Part shown: piece by piece, positions 1-11,058 of the stretch
How the letters are laid out: each line of letters opens with the position of its first letter
Position numbering within the stretch: the first letter of the stretch is position 1
Source of the DNA: a virus
IMG/VR virus record: IMGVR_UViG_3300027973_000044
Span: 17,924 to 81,923 of that record
DNA: 64,000 nt
Strand: one strand, 5' to 3'
Translations under genes and position numbers: made by a program
Notes under the pieces: model-generated
The model's input: only the letters and a program-made list of their open reading frames with translations
Told to the model about the DNA's origin: nothing
Database searches by the model: none

Positions 1-44
1 AAACGATATGAGTCAAATTTTCCCTGTTGGAGGTACTAGATAAA

Positions 45-2462
45 ATGGCCAGAACTATTCAAAGTCCAGGAGTTGAGATTAGAGAAGTCGATCTTACACT
101 GCGACCAGTTGTCAATCAGGGTACTAGTATTTTCATCACTGGGTTTTCCAATCAAGGACCAGTTGACGAAGTTTTAGAGCCAACAAGCATTAGCGATTTT
201 GAGCAAATATACGGTCTGCCCACCAATGCTGCAGAGCGTTATTTTTATTATACAGTCAAAGCAGCGCTGCAAGCTCCAATTCAATTGAAACTAACCAGAT
301 TGCCTTATGGTGAAGCAAAAGGTGAAGGATTTGAAGCCTGGAGATATAGTGCACTGGCTTATCCTGTTATTGGTCTCACTACAAACACAACAGCATTAAC
401 ATCGAACTACAGCTACTCATTATCTGCTGCCAGTACATATATTCTTGGCAACCCAACACATTTGGAGTTAGATCTCGATCAATACCAAGAACTGTTAAAC
501 AACAACATCGATTGGTCCAACAACCCATCACTCACAGGTGGCGCTGCTGGTACGAAGTTTAGTTATGATACACTAGGTCAAGCCGGTTTGGTCATCCTGA
601 ATCGTGCACAAACAACTGTCAACAATCGTTTTGAAGGCTATTATGTTGGCTTAACTGACAACAATAACAATAATCCTGCAACACCTTTTGATGGCATCCT
701 TGGTGTTAATGCCATTGGCAACAGTTCTACTGCTATTAATAGCTACATTGAAGTGCCAACAACTCGCTTGAACTTCACATTGAGCGCTACAAAGTTTGGT
801 GATGGGTCAAGTGTCAGTGAGGTGATGGAGAATATTACCAATTATGATCTTGGTAATGCTACATTCTCTGATACACTCACTCTGGGTATTTTCAAACTAC
901 GTCAAAGCGTATTTTCACCAGATGTTATTTCATTGGATTACGTTCTTTCTGAGCGCCATGTGGGTTCGTTAGATTATCACAGACAGATTGCCACGGAGAC
1001 TGGTGGACCTGCAGTCAGCTTCTACCTAGGCACAAATGCTGCTGTATCGCCCAATATCCGTATCCTAGGCAATCCATACGTCACAAACCGTTATCTTGAT
1101 ACATGGTTAGGCAATGATGGCTTACCTGCAAAGAAGGTGAGAATGGCTTCCAACAGTCTTGCTCAACCATTCAGGACACAGGGTTACGTGGACAATCATA
1201 CCTCTTATGTGACTCGTGTAGGTGCAGCTTCTGGTATGGTAGGGCAAGCAGTTGCTAGACTCGGTACTACAAGCACTCTTACCCCACTTGGTATCTATAC
1301 TGATACAATTGTTACAAACAAGAATATCGGCAACTTACCTTCAAAATTAGAGCGTGCATTTGAACTTGTTGAAAACCCTGATCTATATCCAATTAATCTT
1401 GCTCTCGAAGCCGGTTTAGGATCAATCTATGTTGGTGTAACAGAAGAAGCAAACAGAACTGGTACACCTCTATCCGCTTGTGGTCCTTACATTGATACAA
1501 CACCGATTAATACATTGAGCGGCTTCTTCACTACAAATAATGAACTGCTCGACAATGATGGATTGCGCATTCGTGCCAATTACAACGCTGTTGCTAGCAT
1601 ATTTGTCAATCAAGCTCAAAACCAACGCAAAGACTTCATGGTAATTCTTGATGCGTTGAGACACATCTTTGTGCAAGGTGACAATAACAAAGTCATTACG
1701 TCAAAGAAATTGTGGAGTCCCAACGCTGGTGTTGATCCAAATCCTTTTGCACCTGGTTATGTTAATACAAACTTTAGCCAACACATCTACTGGCCCTTGA
1801 GACATCAATACAGCTTATTGAATACCAGCTACGCTTGTACATATGCTACAGTTGCTCAAGTGTTAGATACAGTGAGCAATCGCCAAGTCTGGGTACCATT
1901 CTCTGGATTTGCAGCAGCTGCCATGGGTAATACTGATGCTAACTTCCAGCCTTGGTTTGCACCAGCTGGATTTACAAGGGGCACTCTGGTTGGTGTGAAT
2001 GACGTTGGCATCTATCCTAAGATGAAGCAACGTGATCAGCTCTATAAGATCGGGTTGAATCCAGTTCCATTCTTCCCTGTTGAAGGTTTTGTAATCTTTG
2101 GACAAAAGACACTACTAAAGAAACCAAGCGCATTCGATCGTATTAATGTACGCAGATTGTTCTTGAATCTTGAAGTAGCAACTCGCGATACTGTTAAGTT
2201 CTTTATATTTGAACCTAACACATTGTTCACCAGAACGCAAGTTGTAAATGTCTTGACACCTATCTTTGAGAACGCAAAGAATACTGAAGGGGTTTATGAT
2301 TACCTCATCATTTGTGATGAGCGCAACAATACACCTGAAGTGATCGATAATAATGAAATGAAGGTAGATATCTATCTCAAGCCTGTACGTGCTGCAGAGT
2401 TTATCTTGGTAAGCTTCTATGCAACTCGCACAAGTCAAAACTTCCAGGAGTTAGTCTCATAA
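45..2462 (+). CDS. Contractile tail sheath protein (T4 gp18-like)
   Basis: N-terminal SPGVEIREVDLT; C-terminal PWFAPAGFTRG, FGQKTL, FDRINVRRLFL, FEPN, DERNNTPEVID and PVRAAEFI sheath motifs. Start placed at ATG 45. Confidence 0.95.
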   Translation: MARTIQSPGVEIREVDLTLRPVVNQGTSIFITGFSNQGPVDEVLEPTSISDFEQIYGLPTNAAERYFYYTVKAALQAPIQLKLTRLPYGEAKGEGFEAWRYSALAYPVIGLTTNTTALTSNYSYSLSAASTYILGNPTHLELDLDQYQELLNNNIDWSNNPSLTGGAAGTKFSYDTLGQAGLVILNRAQTTVNNRFEGYYVGLTDNNNNNPATPFDGILGVNAIGNSSTAINSYIEVPTTRLNFTLSATKFGDGSSVSEVMENITNYDLGNATFSDTLTLGIFKLRQSVFSPDVISLDYVLSERHVGSLDYHRQIATETGGPAVSFYLGTNAAVSPNIRILGNPYVTNRYLDTWLGNDGLPAKKVRMASNSLAQPFRTQGYVDNHTSYVTRVGAASGMVGQAVARLGTTSTLTPLGIYTDTIVTNKNIGNLPSKLERAFELVENPDLYPINLALEAGLGSIYVGVTEEANRTGTPLSACGPYIDTTPINTLSGFFTTNNELLDNDGLRIRANYNAVASIFVNQAQNQRKDFMVILDALRHIFVQGDNNKVITSKKLWSPNAGVDPNPFAPGYVNTNFSQHIYWPLRHQYSLLNTSYACTYATVAQVLDTVSNRQVWVPFSGFAAAAMGNTDANFQPWFAPAGFTRGTLVGVNDVGIYPKMKQRDQLYKIGLNPVPFFPVEGFVIFGQKTLLKKPSAFDRINVRRLFLNLEVATRDTVKFFIFEPNTLFTRTQVVNVLTPIFENAKNTEGVYDYLIICDERNNTPEVIDNNEMKVDIYLKPVRAAEFILVSFYATRTSQNFQELVS

Positions 2463-2488
2463 TTAAACCGGAGAATAAATAATACATC

Positions 2489-3043
2489 ATGGCTGACGTA
2501 AAACAATTAATTTCCGACTTTTATAGAGTAGCTTCCGCGAGAGACTTTCAACGCGATTTTCAATTTCGTGTTCTGAGCATCACACCCGCAGGCACAACTG
2601 TAACATTTGATGAGAATGATCTTGTATATGCAAAAGCAGCAACATTACCTGCTCGTGCCATCAACAATGTTCAAGCCCGTTACATGGGATTGAATTTCAA
2701 TCTACCTGGCACAGTCAATTATCCAAACAGTGAAAATTACACATTAACATTCTACAACGATTCTAAGAATAATCTTAGACAAAAGTTTGAAGATTGGACA
2801 CGCGATACATTTAATGATGCCAATAGTACTGGTAATTATTTTACACCAACACAAGCTAGCACCATTGATTTGGTTCAGCTCGACACACAAATGAACAGAG
2901 TTGCTCAATATCAACTTGTGGGTGTCAGTATTCGTAATGTTGGTGCAATTGAGTATCCAATCAGTGAAGGCACTGGAACAATTATCAGCTTCCCTGTTGG
3001 TTTGGCTTATCACTATTTCACACGCAAAGAAGTCAACGATTAA
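2489..3043 (+). CDS. Tail tube protein (gp19-like)
   Basis: 184 aa directly after the sheath; KAATLPA...YMG...LPG, LRQKFEDW and LVQLD match the gp19 pattern. Confidence 0.85.
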   Translation: MADVKQLISDFYRVASARDFQRDFQFRVLSITPAGTTVTFDENDLVYAKAATLPARAINNVQARYMGLNFNLPGTVNYPNSENYTLTFYNDSKNNLRQKFEDWTRDTFNDANSTGNYFTPTQASTIDLVQLDTQMNRVAQYQLVGVSIRNVGAIEYPISEGTGTIISFPVGLAYHYFTRKEVND

Positions 3044-3080
3044 GATAATCGATTCTCCTAACCAGCCATAAATATATCAA

Positions 3081-4034
3081 ATGGCCGGTCTCAATAATCC
3101 AATTACTAATGCCTTTCAAGGGCTTACCGATAATGTTATAGGCATTGGCAGAGGTACAAATCCCCTCAGTCAACCGCAGATAACTAATTTACTTGGATTT
3201 AATATACCTGGTGTACCGCTGATCAGTACACGTGATTACTTCTTACTTCAACTTCAAAGCTGGCTGACATCAATACCATTGCAAACACAATGGATTGCCA
3301 TAGTCGATAGCTTTCCCTATGCCTTGAGAAGTGATATTATTCAAGGGCTCGAAAGAACAGATGGTGGCAAGAAAGGTTTTGATATTGACCAAGCTAAAAC
3401 ATTACTAACGAGTTATCCTTTTCAAAAAGTCATTGGATGTGTATTTGCACAAGGTGCTCAAATCCCCGGTGAAACTTATGATACTGCTGATGTGCCAATT
3501 GATAATAATAGGGGGTTTGTGCCAGGTATAGTTTCAGGAAATCGCCGCGGATATGCACAAGTACCATTGCAATTGAGTTTTCTTGAAACCAACACAAGCA
3601 TTGTTGATTTCGTTTTCCGCCCATGGGTAATGCTGGCCAGCCATTATGGGTTGGTCGCCCGGCCTGGCGATCTTCCTGGTAGTAAAGATTATTTCAATGT
3701 AAAAAGTAACATAACTTTATTGTGTTACACACGTAGCTATCAAAATATAAGTCAGATACCGCGCAAAGTTTTTACCTTTTATAATGTTACACCCACTCTT
3801 ATTAACAATATTAATCTTGACTATCAGGATGAACCCACACAGGCAACAGCATATTCTGTCAACTTTACATACACCAATTATACCATTCAAAATAGCATGT
3901 ATTTCCCGTTAGCAGATATCATACAAACAGTTGGCAACGTGACCAATGGCAAATACACACCTGTGGTATCACCATTGCAGACAACAAACGCTACAAATAG
4001 CAATCCACCTCCCAATGTGGCTGGTTTCTTTTAA
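3081..4034 (+). CDS. Tube-fold baseplate protein (gp54/gp19-like)
   Basis: AQIPGE, LSFLET..FVFRPW, FTFYNVTP and VNFTYTNY resemble the tube fold; position after the tube gene. Confidence 0.55.
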   Translation: MAGLNNPITNAFQGLTDNVIGIGRGTNPLSQPQITNLLGFNIPGVPLISTRDYFLLQLQSWLTSIPLQTQWIAIVDSFPYALRSDIIQGLERTDGGKKGFDIDQAKTLLTSYPFQKVIGCVFAQGAQIPGETYDTADVPIDNNRGFVPGIVSGNRRGYAQVPLQLSFLETNTSIVDFVFRPWVMLASHYGLVARPGDLPGSKDYFNVKSNITLLCYTRSYQNISQIPRKVFTFYNVTPTLINNINLDYQDEPTQATAYSVNFTYTNYTIQNSMYFPLADIIQTVGNVTNGKYTPVVSPLQTTNATNSNPPPNVAGFF

Positions 4035-4054
4035 TTTTTTTTCTAAATTATTAC

Positions 4055-4888
4055 ATGGATTTTTATCTCAATTGTTGGGTTCCAACGCTCAGTGGATATG
4101 CACGAATTTCTGAATTAAAAAATTCACAATTACAAGTATTGTCAAAGTATATTCTTAATGAAGATCATGCAGGCACAAGCGATTGTTTTGATTTGATATT
4201 ACAAGACAACTTACAGGACAAAGATGTAATTAAAAATCTTACTAGGTTTGATAAATGGTTTATATTTTGTTTTTTAAGAGCTACAAATATTTCTCCTGTT
4301 GTTTACATTCAATCCGCAACCAAGGACGGGGCACCGTGCAACATTGAATTGCAATTGTTTGATTTGCTTACAAAGCTTTCTGAGGCTACTCTCTCCTATA
4401 GGTCTATTGTGACGATTGAAGATCTAGATTTTAATATCCAAGCATCAAAAAATCTTTTCTCTGGAAATACACTTGCAGATTCAATTGAATCCATACATGT
4501 AAAAGATACAAACACAGTGATTAATGATAAGACTTCATTGCTGCAAGTGGTGAGTGACAACCATGGTATTGCAATTTTAATTAAAGACCATCTGGCAAAA
4601 CTGGATCAACAGTCCAATTTTAAGTTAATAGAAAATAGAAACAAGGATATAACCATCAAAGATATACCTGTGAGGCTATACGATAATACATTGTTTCTCT
4701 TTCTTAGATCAATTTATCTCCCGTTTTGCAGAGGGGTATACGTGAAGCAGTACGATTTAATGAAAAAGTTAAATATTGATTTTAAGAGCATAAAAGATCT
4801 TACTCCTCTAGAAGGAGAAATACTTCTCAATCTTCATAACGAAGCAGAAGCTGACAAGAAATCCAAAAGAAATACAGATCGGCATTAA
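4055..4888 (+). CDS. Baseplate hub assembly protein, gp26-like N-terminus plus gp51-like C-terminus
   Basis: LTRFDKWFIFCFLRATNI resembles gp26 (FDxEYIFLxLRxxS); YDLMKKLNIDFKSIKDLTPLEGEILL resembles gp51. Confidence 0.5.
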   Translation: MDFYLNCWVPTLSGYARISELKNSQLQVLSKYILNEDHAGTSDCFDLILQDNLQDKDVIKNLTRFDKWFIFCFLRATNISPVVYIQSATKDGAPCNIELQLFDLLTKLSEATLSYRSIVTIEDLDFNIQASKNLFSGNTLADSIESIHVKDTNTVINDKTSLLQVVSDNHGIAILIKDHLAKLDQQSNFKLIENRNKDITIKDIPVRLYDNTLFLFLRSIYLPFCRGVYVKQYDLMKKLNIDFKSIKDLTPLEGEILLNLHNEAEADKKSKRNTDRH

Positions 4889-4913
4889 TAGAATTACTGT
4901 ATAAATATAGTAT

Positions 4914-6314
4914 ATGGCTGATGTACAGTTAGACAATAAAGGCGATATTACTCTTTTAAGTATTACTGACAAAATTAAGAAGGCAGATCAGACTGCCAGA
5001 GAAATGTACACCAGGTTGGATAGGTTCATGGAGGCTTCAGCTAGAAAAGAAAAAAACGCTAAAGACGAAGCTAGTTTGGCCAAATCAAAAGAATCTAAGG
5101 ATAATGAACAAACTCAGAAAGAACCTGTAGCAAAGCAAGAAATTGCTGAAACTGCTAAGAGCACGGATACTGATGAATTGATGAATAGTGTCATGGGTGA
5201 GGTTTCTGACCAACTAAGCAAAGCCAATTTACAAGCAGATACACTGGAGCTGCAAGAAGATTTAAACACAAAAACTATTTTAAATGCTGTCAGTGAGCAA
5301 AACAAACAAACACCACCTCCAGTAGTACCGACTGAAGTCAAGACCTCTGAGCCTACCAAACCACAACAGCCTGCAGATCAGAAAGAATCATTCAAAGCTA
5401 GTCCTGTTGAGCCTATCAAGATCGAGGTGACAGCGGAACCAAAGCAACCCACAGAACCAGATCAAACAGAGCCACTCAAGGCTACAGAACCTGTAGAAAT
5501 GTTGACAACCACTGCACCAGTAGCAAGCAAAACATTTGAAGAGGCAAAATTAGATATGCCTGTGGTTTCACAAACACCGGTGATGGAGGTTTCTCCTGCA
5601 CAGGAACTGCCTGTTGCTGCAACATCACCTGCACCTGAATTGCAAGAAAATACCAAAACCTTGAAACCAGAGATTGCAAAAACAGAACTCCCCACAGTAA
5701 TAGAAAAGCCATTAGAGGTTGAAACATCCAAAGAACCTGTTGTAGCTGTTACTGAAGCAGTCAATTCACCAGAACCTGCATTGCCTGATGTATTTGAAGC
5801 ACCACAAGTACTCAAAATGCCACCCACATCCAATAACATAGAAGATTTTCTCAATACACCTCAGGATGTAATACCTGAAATAAGCATGCCTGAGACAGCA
5901 GAGACACCAGTCGAGCCGTTTGTTGCAAGTAGAGAATCTACATCTACACAAGAATTTCCAAACATAGTAGCTTCTACACAGGCAACAGAGCGAGAAGCTT
6001 CCTTAAATTTAACTGATGAGAGTTTGGTGACGATTGGAAAAAGTCTTGATAATATGTCACAGCAAATGAAGCAAAATCAAGAAAAAATTGCTACTTCGCT
6101 GAGCAATCTCAACAGTACTGCGGTAGAAATTTTAAAATTACTACCCACGCTACAGCAACGTAGCAGTGACCAACCAATGAGAGGTGCCTCTAATAGTCGA
6201 GTAAACACCATTGATTCAAGTAATATGATAGGAAATTTTCGTGATTCTCTTAACCTAACAACAAAGGGATACAACAGGAATACTGTGTTCCCTGGAAATA
6301 ATAGTATCACATGA
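4914..6314 (+). CDS. P/E/T-rich low-complexity protein with coiled-coil ends; possible tape measure/gp29-like
   Basis: Composition, position in the tail/hub cluster, TATAAATA upstream. Function inferred from position only. Confidence 0.4.
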   Translation: MADVQLDNKGDITLLSITDKIKKADQTAREMYTRLDRFMEASARKEKNAKDEASLAKSKESKDNEQTQKEPVAKQEIAETAKSTDTDELMNSVMGEVSDQLSKANLQADTLELQEDLNTKTILNAVSEQNKQTPPPVVPTEVKTSEPTKPQQPADQKESFKASPVEPIKIEVTAEPKQPTEPDQTEPLKATEPVEMLTTTAPVASKTFEEAKLDMPVVSQTPVMEVSPAQELPVAATSPAPELQENTKTLKPEIAKTELPTVIEKPLEVETSKEPVVAVTEAVNSPEPALPDVFEAPQVLKMPPTSNNIEDFLNTPQDVIPEISMPETAETPVEPFVASRESTSTQEFPNIVASTQATEREASLNLTDESLVTIGKSLDNMSQQMKQNQEKIATSLSNLNSTAVEILKLLPTLQQRSSDQPMRGASNSRVNTIDSSNMIGNFRDSLNLTTKGYNRNTVFPGNNSIT

Positions 6315-7762
6315 GTCTGTATGCATTTACAAATTTTGAACAACCGTTTCCGCGGTTGCAAGGTGCACCCAGACTAGTACCCGCCGGTGCTGTTGGCGGA
6401 TCAGGATCCAACTTTCTTAGTCAAGATAGTCCAGGCTATAGTTTGATTGATGTTATTAACGACTTTCAATGGACAACTTCTCCCAAATCTGGCAGACAGG
6501 AAGTACCAGCTTTGTTCTTGAAAGAGAAAAGATTAAAGACAAACGCCATGATGGCTCAAGTTGCTTATTATGGTCTTGCCTTGGGCAATGTTATTGCTGG
6601 TTCAATCGCTGGGTTTAATAATTTACCAGCCAATCTGCAGCCCTTGATAACGGGGGCCGTTGGTGGCTTGGTTGGAAATAAATTTGGGCAAATATTTCAA
6701 GGCGGTGCCACAGGGCTTGGGTCCTTTTTATCTGGCTTGGCCGGGAGCAGACCAGAGCTAGCTGCCGCTTTCAATGTATTTGGTGGTGCCACTGGTACCA
6801 TTGGGAGAACTGGTGCAATTGCTGCAGGTACTGCGATTGGTTACGGTGTTGATAGTAGTCTGCCTTCAGCAGGCTTGAATGCACTATATCAGGCTATACC
6901 ACAATTAAACAAATATATTCCACAGAGATTTAATATTGACAGCCTGGGAAGTGATATTCTTGGTCCATATGAAGGTCTTTATATAACAGAAGATACCAAA
7001 TTTCTTTATAGTTTTCCTTACTTTAGTGATGAGCAGAACTCAATATCAAATTCTTTTGGAGAGTCGGATGGGGTTTTTACGGGCATCGATCCTTTGAATA
7101 TAAATGCTCTTGCTCAAAGTATGAGGGGAGCAGCAGGCTATATATCAGGCATATCCAACTTCGATGCTCCAGGAATTTATATAGAAAAGCCAAAGTTCTT
7201 TAACTTCAAAGAAGAAGGAGAACGTATTAGATTTAGATTCCCATTAATCAATACAGGTTGGTCCACATTTGAAGATGTCTCTAGGCATTGGCAGCTTCTT
7301 TATTTGCTTGCATATCAGAATCGCCCCAACAGAAGAAGTCGCGATCTAATTGACCCTGCAGTAATATATGAAGTAACTATTCCTGGTGTTCGCTTCTATC
7401 CCTTCTGTTATATTAGCGATATGAGTATAAATTTTGTTGGAGCAAGACGTAGAATGAATATTACAGCACCTGTTGGCGGCGGGTCATCAACAGTTAATAC
7501 TATTGTGCCTGATGCATATTTGATAGATATTACTTTGACAACACTTGTATCGGAAACTCAAAACTTCTTATATTCCATGCTACAGGACAGGCAGAATATT
7601 GTAACGGTCACAGATAATAATCCTGCACTAGATATCTTACAGCGAGAAATGAAAAGATCATACAATCAAGTTAACCTCACAAGTCAAACGACAACTGATC
7701 CATCGGGGGCACAAGCATTTGGTCGTGCTGCTAGTGATATAGCCACGAGGTTGGGATTATAA
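6311..7762 (+). CDS. Baseplate tail-tube cap-like protein (gp48-like)
   Basis: ATGA overlap; C-terminal tube-like segment (YEVTIPG..CYISDMSINF..PDAYLIDITL); lies before the gp53-like gene. Confidence 0.45.
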   Translation: MSLYAFTNFEQPFPRLQGAPRLVPAGAVGGSGSNFLSQDSPGYSLIDVINDFQWTTSPKSGRQEVPALFLKEKRLKTNAMMAQVAYYGLALGNVIAGSIAGFNNLPANLQPLITGAVGGLVGNKFGQIFQGGATGLGSFLSGLAGSRPELAAAFNVFGGATGTIGRTGAIAAGTAIGYGVDSSLPSAGLNALYQAIPQLNKYIPQRFNIDSLGSDILGPYEGLYITEDTKFLYSFPYFSDEQNSISNSFGESDGVFTGIDPLNINALAQSMRGAAGYISGISNFDAPGIYIEKPKFFNFKEEGERIRFRFPLINTGWSTFEDVSRHWQLLYLLAYQNRPNRRSRDLIDPAVIYEVTIPGVRFYPFCYISDMSINFVGARRRMNITAPVGGGSSTVNTIVPDAYLIDITLTTLVSETQNFLYSMLQDRQNIVTVTDNNPALDILQREMKRSYNQVNLTSQTTTDPSGAQAFGRAASDIATRLGL

Positions 7763-7763
7763 T

Positions 7764-8156
7764 ATGATTGGTTTAAGTGCACTTGGATCGTTTAGACGAG
7801 ACCTTAGAGTTCTTGGAGAAAACCCTGAAGTTAGCTATGAAAATATCTTCAGAATGTATAGTACTGAAAATACAGATCAAGGAAATTTTCTATACTATAA
7901 TTTACTCAATAGCGTGTATCTTCCTGATACATTGAGTCCAACAACATACTATACAATAACTCTCAATCGTCGATTGCCCTGGACAGCCATAAGCTACAAT
8001 GAATATAGAACCATTGAGCTGTGGTGGTTGATAGCTTTGACTAATAAAGTGTTTAACCCTGTTCTGTATCCAGCGCCCGGTACAAAGCTTAATATAATTA
8101 AGCCCGAGCTAGTAAAAACAGTAATCAATGATATTACTACACAACTTAAGGGGTAG
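7764..8156 (+). CDS. Baseplate wedge protein gp53-like (LysM-like)
   Basis: WTAISYNEYRTIELWWLIALTN..NP...PGTKLNII is the typical gp53/LysM baseplate pattern. Confidence 0.75.
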   Translation: MIGLSALGSFRRDLRVLGENPEVSYENIFRMYSTENTDQGNFLYYNLLNSVYLPDTLSPTTYYTITLNRRLPWTAISYNEYRTIELWWLIALTNKVFNPVLYPAPGTKLNIIKPELVKTVINDITTQLKG

Positions 8157-8158
8157 TC

Positions 8159-9736
8159 ATGAGTAATGCGGTAATCGATAATTTATCTTTTGAAACAGGG
8201 TCAGAGCAGGTATACATTGGTGATACATACTATACATTTAACATGCAGCTAGTCAATAGTGATGGCAATAATGTTGGAATCAAATTTGGTAGTATTGTAG
8301 ATTTTGGTATAACTGATAGTATTACTAATTTTTTTGCAGAAGGTTATCTTATATTTCGAAATGATCTGGATGCTCTAGAGAGTGTTCAGAGCGTCTCGAC
8401 TGATGTTCGTGGAATGCCAGAAAATGCTTTTTCTCCATATGTTTTTCGTGGTGATGGTAGAGATTTGTTGGTGGTTAATATAAAACCAGCTATATCTGTG
8501 GATGACGGTGACCCTGTCAATACTATGGGTCAAAATACAAACAATAATTTTGCATTGAATTATATTTTCTCTATACACAACACTGAGGATATTATTTCTG
8601 AAAATAAAGATATGAAGCTCAAAAAGCTATACATACACGAGCAAAGTTTTCAAGTTTTAAATGAAAAAAATGCTTATTTTACAACAGGCAAGGTAAGAAG
8701 TGGTGGCAATTCTCCTGTAGGCACAAGTAATGGTGAAAGAAGTGTTGAAACAGGTGAAGCAATACGCACTTTACTATCTGAGGTACTTTCTAGAGACACA
8801 GATACGCAGCAAACTTTTGCAGCTGACTGGGATGTGGGTAGTAGCAAGATCTTCTATAGTAGCCCTGCAAACAACAAAGCAATCGATGATCTCTATTACC
8901 TATTAGATTATCATGTGAGTAGTAAAGAAAACGACTACTCTCCAGCTTTATTAAGAAAAGAAAAAAATAACACATGGTATTTGATACCCTTGACCAAGCT
9001 CTTTAAGACCGCTTACTATAAAGGCAATGAAAGCATGGGAAATCTAGGTGGAAGCAATCTTACAGAAAATTTTATAATTGCAAAGCCTAATAGTGGTGAT
9101 AGTCCACCGCTCACTGGTCCTGAAAGAAATCCCCAAGCTTCTCTATTTGCTAATAATTTTCCTGATTATTCCTATGCAGAGAATTTTGAAAATGCAGGCA
9201 TGATGTCTGATGCTAGCACCTTCGGAGTAACAACTCACATGGTTCACAATTATGATCCCAGTACCAAGACTTTTTCTATAGATATAACGGATAATAATAT
9301 TAATGATTCTATGAAGCTATACAAAAGAAATTTTGTTCAAACACAAAAAGGGATTGCTGGAAACTCTCCAGGTCAAAATTTTCCTCTGAATCAAATAAAA
9401 TCTCAAAATAAAAATATTAATCATGTGTTTAATCCTAATCCTGATCAAAATATTAGATTAAATTCTGGACGAAACAAGATACTACTCAACACAGTTTTTA
9501 ATAATAACACAATAGCATTTAGAACCAGAGGTAATACTGTGAGACAACCTGGTAAGTTTATTACTCTTGAGCGGAAAGATTTTGCAAATAACTCTACGTA
9601 TGATAATAAAATATACGGCACGTATCTTGTAGTTAGGGTTGATCATGTGTTTAAGAATGATCAATATTATAACTATATGGTGTGTACGAAGAGCTATTCT
9701 GCCGAACCCACAAGCAGCTCTAGCGACGTGATATGA
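8159..9736 (+). CDS. Baseplate hub protein (gp27/late control D-like)
   Basis: C-terminal RGNTVRQPGKFI..IYGTYLVVRVDHVF..Y hub signature; follows the gp53-like gene. Confidence 0.6.
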   Translation: MSNAVIDNLSFETGSEQVYIGDTYYTFNMQLVNSDGNNVGIKFGSIVDFGITDSITNFFAEGYLIFRNDLDALESVQSVSTDVRGMPENAFSPYVFRGDGRDLLVVNIKPAISVDDGDPVNTMGQNTNNNFALNYIFSIHNTEDIISENKDMKLKKLYIHEQSFQVLNEKNAYFTTGKVRSGGNSPVGTSNGERSVETGEAIRTLLSEVLSRDTDTQQTFAADWDVGSSKIFYSSPANNKAIDDLYYLLDYHVSSKENDYSPALLRKEKNNTWYLIPLTKLFKTAYYKGNESMGNLGGSNLTENFIIAKPNSGDSPPLTGPERNPQASLFANNFPDYSYAENFENAGMMSDASTFGVTTHMVHNYDPSTKTFSIDITDNNINDSMKLYKRNFVQTQKGIAGNSPGQNFPLNQIKSQNKNINHVFNPNPDQNIRLNSGRNKILLNTVFNNNTIAFRTRGNTVRQPGKFITLERKDFANNSTYDNKIYGTYLVVRVDHVFKNDQYYNYMVCTKSYSAEPTSSSSDVI

Positions 9737-10581
9737 ACAACAAGACAACCACAGACCCACAACTCACACAAATTAATCTTTTTTATAAGAAAGATTTCTA
9801 TCAAAAAGCTTCTAATTTTTTAAGTACCATACAGGATTACTCATCAGAACTAGAAACAGCTATTAATTTCAACAAGTCAAAAGTACAGAACGATCCAATC
9901 ACAGCACAAGCGGATTTCTTTGCAAATCTGGATAATCAAATGAAGAGCATGCAGCCACAGTTTGCTAGCTACTGGATTAATGCCTTTAATACAAGCTTAG
10001 ATCAAGTCAGAAACGAGGTACGTACGAAAATTGGTGACGGAACTTTCTTTAAGCCGTTTAGTGATAGCATTGGAAGTATTGCACGTGCAGAAAATTATTT
10101 TGATGATTCCACGCAATTGATTAGCGATATTCAGGGAAGTCAAATGATGACGCCATTGCGATATGGCTCTTCTTTGACGAACAAAATACACCCTGCAACC
10201 CTTTTGTTACACGGAGAAATGAGTAAAAAGACTAATTTAGTTTTCAGAAAAAATCTTCAAAATATTCAATCCAAGGTATCGTCGAGCACAAAAGCCCATG
10301 GCGATAACCTTGTTCCAGATACTGAACATTTCAAGAGAATGCAAGGAATCGTGAGTACATTGAACCAGAAAATTCAAAGTGAATATAAGGAACTCTACAG
10401 TGTAATAGATTTTTATTGTAAATATAATCCACGTGCTGCAACAAACAACTTACAATATGTACCGAATTATAATATTACAGTAAGTGTTGAGGGTAACCCA
10501 ATTAATCAAGATATTCTCTTTAATCAATTGCAAGACATCCAGAGTACACTTACGACGAAGAAAGTGTTGGGTGTAGGGTAA
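9733..10581 (+). CDS. Hypothetical protein
   Basis: 282 aa ORF coupled by ATGA overlap; no motif recognised. Confidence 0.7.
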   Translation: MNNKTTTDPQLTQINLFYKKDFYQKASNFLSTIQDYSSELETAINFNKSKVQNDPITAQADFFANLDNQMKSMQPQFASYWINAFNTSLDQVRNEVRTKIGDGTFFKPFSDSIGSIARAENYFDDSTQLISDIQGSQMMTPLRYGSSLTNKIHPATLLLHGEMSKKTNLVFRKNLQNIQSKVSSSTKAHGDNLVPDTEHFKRMQGIVSTLNQKIQSEYKELYSVIDFYCKYNPRAATNNLQYVPNYNITVSVEGNPINQDILFNQLQDIQSTLTTKKVLGVG

Positions 10582-11044
10582 CCGTCACTGCTTCGGCCTC
10601 AGCTTCAATTACCTTAGCATCTTCTAATATCTTTTTGAACACTTCATCCCTGGTTAAGAGCAATTTCTCATCTTTCTTGCTATCTTCTTTGAGCATTTTA
10701 CGCGATTCAATATCCATCACTTTTAAATCCTTGGCACTATCCCGCTTCATTTGTGTTATGTGAATATCTTTGATTATGGATAGAGCGCTAGAAACAGCCT
10801 TAAGCGCTTCCGATAGAGCTTCAACTTCTCGGCTCTCAGGATTACTCATGACGTATTCTTTCACACCTTCAACAATATCTAACCCCTGTGTAACAAGTTT
10901 ACCCGTACTGTTGAGTACGAAGTTTTCAAGATTTTCTCTTGGCAGATTGAAATCTGCCTTTTCAGCGACTTCTTTGCTTGTATTAGAACTTATCTTAAGT
11001 TGTTCAATCAGATCGTTTACGCTAAATTCTTTGTCATCAGCCAT
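10550..11044 (-). CDS. Terminase small subunit (gp16-like)
   Basis: GKLVTQGLDIVEGVKEYVMSNPESREVEALSEALKAVSSA parallels the gp16 helical core (..PRAYEV.GQLIK); GATAAATA just upstream of ATG 11044. Confidence 0.6.
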   Translation of the reverse strand: MADDKEFSVNDLIEQLKISSNTSKEVAEKADFNLPRENLENFVLNSTGKLVTQGLDIVEGVKEYVMSNPESREVEALSEALKAVSSALSIIKDIHITQMKRDSAKDLKVMDIESRKMLKEDSKKDEKLLLTRDEVFKKILEDAKVIEAEAEAVTVTLHPTLSSS

Positions 11045-11058
11045 ACTATATTTATCAC

